A DNA stretch of 64,000 bases from NCBI GenBank assembly GCA_904063045.1, contig CAJFCJ010000011.1, positions 868,001 to 932,000 on the forward strand. The letters run 5' to 3'. The notes beneath the pieces are model-generated. The model was given only the letters and a program-made list of their open reading frames with translations, did not search any database and was not told where the DNA came from. The position numbers and the translations under genes are program-made. Of this stretch, positions 55,666 through 64,000 are shown one piece after another. This DNA comes from Dimorphilus gyrociliatus. Its lineage: Eukaryota > Animalia > Annelida. Every line of letters begins with the position of its first letter. Position 1 is the stretch's first letter.

Positions 55666-56359
55666 CTAACCAACGGGTTTCGCTCTACTTAGGCCTTTAG
55701 AAACCTTCTTAAAATGTATTCATAAATATCAGTTGAAGTTATCTAGCTATTTAAATTAAATAATTTACCTTTTGGCACACTACTGGAAATGGAGTTTCAC
55801 AGCTTGGTACAGTTATCCATTTACCATATGAGGAATCAGGCTTCATCGACAAACCGACGCAACTAGGTGTATATAATAGATTAGATATTGCAAAGTTAAG
55901 GAACCCTGTCTCAATTTCATCATCATCGTTAGTTAATAAAAGAGCTGTTTTTAAAGGAGGTTTGGTTTACTGCATACTTAATTAATTTTAGTTCATTCTT
56001 ACGGTTTTTCTGTTTTAATCCAATCCACACAACTGAAATGTTAATATTCTGTTGTTTCATACGAGAGAGAATTAATGTAACTTCTTCATTTTGTATGGTA
56101 GATGTTAATCGTAACATTGTACCATCTATAGATTCACAATAGTGTCTGCAAAATAAGGATAGTTTTAAAATCGAATCTGTGATGTTTATTTTGTAATGAA
56201 AGGATACTTAGTGTCATCAAAAGTTTTCATAAATTTAATTTTGTTAGTATAATAGTATGTATCAGTAAATGTTCCTTTTATCCATTCTTGTCCAATGTCA
56301 CAATTATAGAAAGCGAGATTGAACATAAAACTTAACTTGAGACTAATTATTATTTTCAT
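55666..56359 (-). CDS. Secreted single C-type lectin-like domain protein (paralog B), 4 exons
   Basis: MKIIISLKLSFMFNLAFYNCDIGQEW..DDTK|HYCESIDGTMLRL..VWIGLKQ..SCVGL..GKWITVPSCETPFPVVCQK; the exons join in frame. No EPN/QPD/WND motifs. Confidence 0.7.
56146..56207 (-). other. U12-like intron in lectin paralog B
   Basis: Donor GTATCCTTT and CTATCCTTATTTTGCAG at the 3' end (imperfect branch); in-frame junction ACTAA|ACAC. Confidence 0.5.
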
Positions 56360-56888
56360 TTTCCAACTATGTTACACGTTTCGTCAAACCATATACTAAT
56401 TTAAAATGACTCTTTAGTTTATGTACTCTTACATATATAGAAAAAGAATGGGGTTAAATGTGTTTATAATTTCTTGAAGATATGTGTTTGTTTACTATAA
56501 ACTTAAATCTCTGTCCACTGCTCTCAGATAAATGTAGGAAAATATTGAACTGTAAAACCTTTTTCTAAGGGTGTTTTGTGCACTCGTATAACGTACTTCC
56601 GATACCCAAAGTAAAAGTAAAATTAGAATGCATAACAGCTTTAACAGCTTTTCTTCAATGGATTCTTTCTAGCTGTCATTTATTTTTTTTCCAATATCAA
56701 TCAATGAATTGATTCTCAGAATTCACTAAGCCTTTAAGACAACATAACAGATTGCTTGCTGTTACGGTTGGTTGTTAAAGTAGCCTTTGCAACAAAGGCA
56801 ATGCAAAGCTTATAGGGAAAAGTGGAATTTTACTAGTAATTGTCACCGGTATTTACTTCAAGGCGTAATATTCGTGTTGATTGTAATT

Positions 56889-58424
56889 TTAGATTGCAAT
56901 TGTCTTTGTTTCTACTTTTCTTAATTCTATAAACGCATATAAAAAATAACTTTTTATAGCGAAAGTTGAAATGAGTTGAAAGACGAGAGATTGGTAAATA
57001 GGAAAATTTTTTAAGAATCTACTTGTGATTGCTGTTGTTGCTGCAGATGTAAAATCAGGTGTTGTAATTTCAGTTGCTAATGAAAAGAAAATAGATATTG
57101 TTATTATTTTCATTTGCTTTATTGTAAAAGAATATTGGAAAAAAGGTATTTACTAACTCTCTTGTACTTTTGTGCTAGTAGCAGTCGTCATTTCAGTAGC
57201 TATTTGATCAAAGGAATAATGGATTATTGTAACAAGCATTTTATCAATGCGCCTATTTAGTTACTTGATTTGGTCGTTGTAGGTTCAGGAGAGGTTATTT
57301 CAGCAGTTGTAGCTATTTGTGAGAGAAATCATAAGATAGGTATACTTTATCTTAGTAATACAAAGTATCATAAGGCGCCTATATCTATGACCTCAGTCAT
57401 AATGATTAATTGTTGCCTATTGTTGTTAAACAAAAACCCTTCTTTCTATTTATAAAACTAATCAACTTTTTATGGTATTGATATATTTTCAATAGCTAAC
57501 TTTCAGTAGACTATATATAACTGAACTTGACCTACAAATTGCTCTTTTACGTCACCCCGATCGTTCAGATGTTGTATAAAATCCTCATTGGAAATTTGCT
57601 TTCAGTTCTAACGATTTTCATTCATAGACAATGTAAAACATTGCATATATACATCTTATATAGGAGACCGCTAAACGTTATCGATATTATTTCTTGTATA
57701 TACAATATAAAGGTTACTTCCAACAGAATTCAAGAACATTTTTAAGAAAATGATGATTCTGTTTACCTATATTTAGCTGCATATTACCACAATTAAAATT
57801 CTTCGCCTTATTGTCGTCCATTAAATTCTGGGCTTGTTGACATACAACTCCATTTGATTCGTAACAGTCTGTTCTTTTGGACCACTTTGCATCTGAAGGA
57901 CTGATCGAAGCACAATTATCGACATTTGGTATCCCATTTTTATAATTTTGAAACGTTAACATTGTTCTATCAAAGTAGCGATTCCTCAAGTAGGGCACGT
58001 CATTGGGTTCATCACCTGTTAATGTTAAAAGGCAGGTGAAAGCTGTCAAGCATCAAGAAAGTAAAGAAACTTACTAAACCATTTAATTCCTAACCAGAAA
58101 CCAGAAACAAAATTGGAATCAGGAAGTTTTTCAATAACATCTCCTACAAACTTGTTCATGTCATCTTGCTCTACTTTTACCATTATAGCTCCAGCACCCT
58201 CACAGCAAGCTCTGATTTGAAAAAGTATGAAACTGAGTTTTACAGAATTATGCACCATCTTACTTTGCTTCAACCCAACTGAAACCATTAGTTGAAGAAT
58301 CAGCTCCAATGCAATAAGCTTTATTATTTATTTCGTATAGCTCCCAACCATCAGGACATTGGCAGAATATCTTACAGACTAAAACATAAAATATGTAAAT
58401 AAAAAAGTTATTTATTCTTCCCAT
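56889..58424 (-). CDS. Secreted C-type lectin-like domain protein with Thr-rich mucin tail (paralog A)
   Basis: MGRINNFFIYIFYVLVCKIFCQCPDGW..FSWVEAK|ACCEGAGAIMVKV..FWLGIK..DNCASI..KWSKRTDCYESNGVVCQ, then Thr-rich micro-exons. Internal exons at 57330-57760 and the 3' end are uncertain. Confidence 0.7.
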
Positions 58425-59150
58425 GTTACTTGCTAGTAGCCACCTGAAAGAAATATGACGTATGCTTTATTCAACCTCCATTATAAGGCGTTAGAATAAC
58501 AATATCGTCTTTGATTATTGAAAATCATTGCAAATATTGTTTATTTTTAATTGATCTTGGGTAAATCTTTCAAAGATTTAGAACAGTAACAATCTTATTG
58601 TTAAATGAAAAATATTCTGGTGATTTATTACGGAAAGTCGGCCATTCATAGAATAATAAATAAATAGAAAAATGCTGAATTTCTATTCATAATGTTTATA
58701 AGATGCTTTTTGGTTTAATTTCTATATTTATTACATTTTTCATTTCTTAAATGATCAAAGCATCCGTATGAATGAAATATTAAGCTTTTACAATAAGTAA
58801 CTCACTAACTCTTTAAATACTAATATACGGTATATACAGTATATATGTATTTTAATTATCGATAATAATTCATAAAAGCATTTGGAAAAGAAATTTGTAT
58901 TTAGAGTATGCTATTAAATATGGAGAAAATAAAAACAATAAATTTAGAATGTGTCTGATTTAGCATTCACGTTAACATAAATCATTTATGTCTTTCTATA
59001 GTTAATTTTGAAAAAGACCTTTATGTTAACACAATGCCATAATATATCGTAAAAGGTTTCAAATAATAATAATGAATAAATGAAAGTATTCATTAAAGAC
59101 TTGTACATTTAGGACGGTCATTTCACTCTATTGGTTTGAAGATTCGAAAT

Positions 59151-61102
59151 ATGTATTATTTCTTTCGTGAAATATTCGTTATAGCAGGAATTTTTATTTT
59201 AACAACTATATCTGCTCAACCCAATGGCATGTCTCCACCTGATGAAAAAGGTCCTCCTCAACCTCCTAAAAATCGAGACAAAGGGATAAACTCAACAGAA
59301 GATGAATCAGAATCTTTCCCTGATCCTTATAACCGTCATTACAGTAAGAGTTTTTTAAATAACAAGCTTCAATTGAAGGATAAATTAAAATACATAATAT
59401 GCCCTAATGAACAGGTATTGAAGAGTATGAAGCAGCTCAAGCTTGCTCTGATCAAACATATTTGACAGCTGGTTGGTATCAATCACAACCATTTATTTAT
59501 TTGGATGAATGGAATAATGTAACAGGTCTTTGTGCTTAGATATATTTATATAGAGTTTTTAAGATGTTTTACTATTAGGACCATATGTTTCTATGCTACA
59601 AAATGTTGTAAAAATATGCTGTGGCAAGTATGGAATAGTTGAATTTAAAGAGAGATATTTACATCAGCCAAATATGGAAAGTTTTTATGAAAATGAAACA
59701 TTCTTAGTACCAGTGGCGTATACTACACTATCAATGGTAACTGAACCAAACTTAGAAGATTCAAAATATATGCCAGTGGTTGAATCACCAGGTTTGAAAT
59801 CACTGAACATAGCTAATGAAATTGAGAATATTCATTTTTCTTTTCGTAGGGGCGATAATAATTAGAAATAAGAAAAAATTTCAGGTAACGCCTGGATTAG
59901 ACATAATTATTGCTGGTTGGCCTCTCCTCGTTCTTATTATTATATCGGCTCTTTACGCAGGCTTACTTATGTGGGTTTTGGTAAGTTACTTAACTCGTTC
60001 GTCTTTGAAATAACAATAATATAATAATTTCTGACAAGGATTGCCGATGTAATCCGGAGCAATTTCCCAGAGAATTTCATAGTGGGATGTGGGAAGGATT
60101 TTGGTGGGCCTTTGTAACTATGACCACTGTTGGATACGGAGATAAGGCTCCCATGTCAGTTTCTGCAAGAATTTTGGGAATAATCTGGATTCTTGTTGGT
60201 CTGGTTATTTTATCAATTTTTACAGCCGCAATGACATCTTCTCTAACTGATGCTGGAAAAGATGACAAAAATTTAAAAGATGTTGACGTAGCTGTTGTCA
60301 ATGGATCTCATCAATACCAGTTGGCAATAGCTCATGGAGGTAATCCGAAAAGTATGTAGTTTGAATACGATTCAAAAGAATAAAAACATTTAACAATCCT
60401 TACTTCCACTAAAAGTTTACGAAAACATAGAAGATATTATTTATGACGTGACAGATGGATACATAAACTATGCTTTGATTGAACATTATTCAGCAATGTA
60501 TTCTTTAAACACTCATATGAAAACGAATGGTAAAGTTAAAGATTCGATTGAGATAGTTGGAGAAATACAAGATCCTTCTAGTTATGGAATACGATTACTG
60601 AGAAATAAGAGAAAAAGTTGTTTCTTTGAAACCATAATGCGAGTTCGTCATAAAATTAGTGCACTGATAATGACAAATGCGACTGCATTAAGAGTGAAAT
60701 TATAAAATTCAGTATAAACTTAATAGGATTATCATTTCAATTTATTTCAGGCTATTACTTCAAAAGGACTCTCATCATCTGAAGCAAAAGCAGTTTTTCA
60801 GAATATTGACTGGATAGCTTTACTAGTGATGGGTGGAATCTGGCTTCTCCTTTGCTTCATATTGTTAATATGGCAATTTGGTATTAGAAATCGGTTAAAA
60901 GTAACCGACGTGTTTTATAAACGAAATGAATCAAGTTTGTATTCAAAGAAATAGAATTTAACTTTTTGTTTGAAAAATATATTACCTCTTAGGAAAACCT
61001 CCTATACGCTCTATATCACAGCAACATGTTTTATCATCCCCTGGCTTTCCAAAGAAACGAACGTTAAGCGATAATCAAACAAATATTACAGAAGTTGATT
61101 GA
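59151..61102 (+). CDS. GluR0/AvGluR1-like channel: periplasmic-binding-protein-type S1/S2 domain fused to a K+-selective pore (TVGYGD), about 510 aa, 8 exons
   Basis: Exons 59151-59343, 59415-59525, 59579-59791, 59850-59980, 60039-60351, 60416-60693, 60751-60934 and 60993-61102 sum to 1533 nt in frame. Signal peptide; M1 WPLLVLIIISALYAGLLMWVLD; pore FWWAFVTMTTVGYGDK; M3 LVILSIFTAAMTSSLT; S2 start LKDVDVAVVNGS; third TM WIALLVMGGIWLLLCFILLIW. Confidence 0.85.
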
Positions 61103-63177
61103 CATCGTATAAAGAATATAATGAAATTATATCACACACATCATCTAGTTTTAGGACATTTATAAATAATCAAATGGTTGTATTTCCTTAGGTTGATGTT
61201 TTATCTTTTGTCATATTACAAATCTAAAATACCTTTTAAATTGGAGTTTAAATAGTAAAGTGCCTGTTTTGGATATTTATGCCTGATTATTGTCCATAAA
61301 AAAAATAATTGCATATATTTTATTCTTGTGAAATAATTATATTTATATGAATCGATTAAAAATGAAGCTAAACAATAAATATGTTTTTGTCATAACGTTG
61401 CTAGATTTCCTATGGTAAACATGCTGTATTATAATATTATGTTAATGTAACATTTTAAAAATTTGTTGGATAATTTCAACCTTTCATAATTAGCAATACT
61501 TTAGAAAAAGTAATTGAGAAAATGTCTGTTTCTTCAACTATTTCAACTGTTTTTACTATATTAAATAAACTTTTATTGAATTACTCATAAATACTCCTGA
61601 GCTGAATATGAGACTCATGTAGCTCCCTCTGCTGTACTTTTCGTCTGGAAAAAGTCGATGAAAAGTGCGCAATAGTTTCATACAGTTAAAGTATTAGTCT
61701 TTATCAATTAATTAATATGAAGTAAACGTTTGGTAAAGATGTGTATCTAAGCGCGTGTTTTTTCCCACTTGAACACAAAACGTAGAGTTACAAATAATAT
61801 TGAATATAGACTTGTTTAATTTGCTAAATTTGAATAAAATGGCAACTAATAGATTACTGAAGTGCAATTTTATGATAAAGTAAACTATTTTCTATTGAAA
61901 ATGCCATTAGCATACTTTTTTTCAAGGTTATAAAGCATGCTAGTTCTCCTGTAAGCTGTATAACAAGAAAAATCCTTTTCTTTTATTTGTTAGAGTTAAC
62001 ACGCTGTCCAACAGACTGCACTTTATAATCGTATTGATCGGCAAATAGAAACAATATTTGTCCTTCATTCTTACATTAAAGATGTCTCGAAAACTGTATT
62101 TCTTGGAATAATTCTGTAAGTTAGCGTACAGTTAACTATTCAAATATATTAGAAACACAATTTAGCATACCTTATAATATGTTTTAAGAATACAATAAAT
62201 TCAACGGCAAACTCGAAAAATATCATTGGAAGATATAATTTTCCATCTAACTTGTCTAAGACCTCAAGGTATATAATAAATTGATACAAAAATAAAGTTA
62301 ATTAAGGTGCAATTAAAAAAGCGATTCGTGTTCTCTTTCGTTCCTGGTGTCAATGATATGTCGATAGAATTCATGATATTGATTGCATTACTTTAAAGAC
62401 TTATTTATTGTATCCATTTTGATCCAGAGGGATTGATTTAGAGAATTTTAATATTACTAATAAATTTTTGCCTAATTTGTATAGATTCTATTTTATTTCA
62501 GTTTTTATTGAATTAAACGAAAACACATAAATATTTGCAAGTAACCACCGTGAAAATTAAACCATGATTAATTTGAGCTTCCTTTGTTCAATGCTTTTCA
62601 AATATAGTTTTTACTTTATTCAAAAGAGCTTGATATCATATTTAGTTTATATTTATTGATAACTAAACGCAAAATATTCCAGTTTCTTTGACAGAATCAA
62701 TAAAGAATTTATTTCTTCAAGATCTTCTAGCTTTGGTACTAATTATCAAGAGAAAATATTTACCAAGAGACGCCCACAGTAATATCGAATTTCTGAAAGT
62801 TATAATGTTCAATTCTTATTTTAATATGCAATAATTTAAGCCTACTTGCAATAGTAAAATACTTCGTGGATCAGGAATATTATTGTCCTAATGGATAAAC
62901 TAAAAGAATATAGATGATTTATAGATAATGATTGAATTTATTACTAACTAAAAAAATAACTAAATAATTTAAGCATTCCACGTTCAAAGGTAACTTTTAT
63001 GAGGATCTATATTCTTCTAGACAGCAGATCAAAACAGTTAAAAATATTTTAGACAGGTAGCCAGTCCAGCCAGTGAACGTCAACTTTTGGTTTCCAATGG
63101 TGTCACGGAAAACATGCGATCAATATAGTAGTTTAGAATTCAAATCAGACTAGGACGGCTGAGCTTAACACTTGAAT

Positions 63178-64000
63178 ATGCCTGAAGACTCGTAAGTTTT
63201 TTTCTCGCTCAAATATTAAATTTATACACAATCCAGAATAAAATATATAGATTTTTAAAATCTATTTATTTATCAAATATGAGTATATTCCCTAAGCTAA
63301 TAATTATTCTATGTTTTAAAAAAGTGTCAAAGTAGCCGTCCGGGTGCGGCCGTTCAATCAAAGGGAGAAGGATAGAAAAGCTGTCTTAATTATTCAAATG
63401 AACGGCCAACAGACAACGATAAAAAATCCTGATACTCCTAGTAAGCTTATATTTTTTTAAATCATATTTTACATCTTACGCCTTTGAATCCAAGAAAAGT
63501 TGATTTATTATTATTATTAATTTGTTAAAAAAGCCTACTATAAAATAATAATAGCATTTAATTTTTTCCCTTGCAGAAGATGAACCTAAGAAGGTAAATA
63601 TAATTAAACATATTGTATAATTATTGTTCAATTCATATCTTTTTCATTCAATTTTCAAACGCTAAATAGTTTGCCTTCGACTATTCTTATTGGTAAGCTT
63701 GCTGTAGTATAATAAAGATATCAAGAAATAACTTTTCTTTTCTACTTTTTCTAAGGTCACATGACGGTTTTTCAGAAGATGCTAATGGTATTCTGCAAGA
63801 AACCAATTCTAAATACTCTAGCCAACGTAAAGTATTTAACGATCTTGGACAAGGTGTATTAGATAATGCCTTTCAAGGTATGAAAAAACATTATATAACT
63901 CCTCAATTTAATATTTAAATTAAAAGAGAGAATTTTACGAAGTTACAAAGAATAAATTATCGACTTAGCTGTATTGAACATACCATTGTTTTTCAGGTTA
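63178..64000 (+). CDS. KIF28P: Kinesin-3 motor, KIF28-like (5' part; runs off the window)
   Basis: Exons 63178-63191, 63325-63440, 63577-63593, 63670-63692, 63756-63877 and 63997- give [73 protein letters not shown] and [10 protein letters not shown] match the KIF28/KLP-6 subfamily. It is absent from the ORF track because the exons are short. Confidence 0.85.

Noticed and set aside
58043-58074. 32-bp intron in lectin paralog A
   Set aside because: An in-frame downstream acceptor at 58016-58017 gives a typical 59-bp intron.
55666-58424. A single lectin-mucin-lectin gene
   Set aside because: The second CTLD has its own in-frame ATG and hydrophobic leader at 56359, mirroring exon 1 of the first gene, so two genes are more parsimonious.
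4278-58864. About six TATCGATA (DRE-like) octamers
   Set aside because: An AT-rich octamer expected several times by chance in 64 kb, and not positioned consistently at promoters.
60087-60359. Calling the TVGYGD ORF a voltage-gated, KCa or K2P channel fragment
   Set aside because: There is no S4, T1 or RCK domain and no second pore. A signal peptide and extracellular lobes flank a single pore, which is the iGluR/GluR0 layout.
62070-62270. Two possible small exons upstream of the kinesin
   Set aside because: No start codon, homology or consistent phase could be established.
1-64000. rRNA, tRNA, CRISPR arrays, prokaryotic operons or defence systems
   Set aside because: The spliced eukaryotic genes explain the coding signal; I saw no repeat-spacer array, cloverleaf or rRNA motif.

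Overview
AT-rich, gene-dense animal (invertebrate) genomic DNA with mostly 50-80 bp GT-AG introns; it is not prokaryotic, and I found no rRNA, tRNA, CRISPR array or intact transposon. By stitching exons by hand I find about 14 intron-containing genes: PRKX-like kinase (-), ASK/MAP3K15 (-), an orphan ~250-aa gene (+), SFI1 (-), an IGFBP7/KAZALD1-like IB-Kazal-Ig protein (+), RRP5/PDCD11 (-), GLE1 (+), ACSBG (+), MFSD12 (+), an MFHAS1-like LRR-ROC-COR protein (-), two tandem C-type lectin genes (-), a channel gene (+) and the 5' end of a KIF28-like kinesin-3 (+). The compactness suggests a miniaturised spiralian genome such as Dimorphilus; this is inference only. The top finding is the 8-exon gene at 59151-61102. 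It encodes a ~510-aa protein with glutamate-receptor topology (signal peptide-S1-M1-pore loop-M3-S2-M4) but a perfect K+ filter (TVGYGD), i.e. a GluR0/AvGluR1-like candidate ligand-gated K+ channel that apparently lacks the canonical carboxylate-binding Arg. Also notable: a strong U12-type intron in SFI1, a U12-like intron in one of two lectin paralogs, a GC-AG intron in GLE1, a candidate alternative N-terminal exon in PRKX, and multiple CTCF/NRF1/YY1-like motifs. All gene models are manual and unverified by RNA data.
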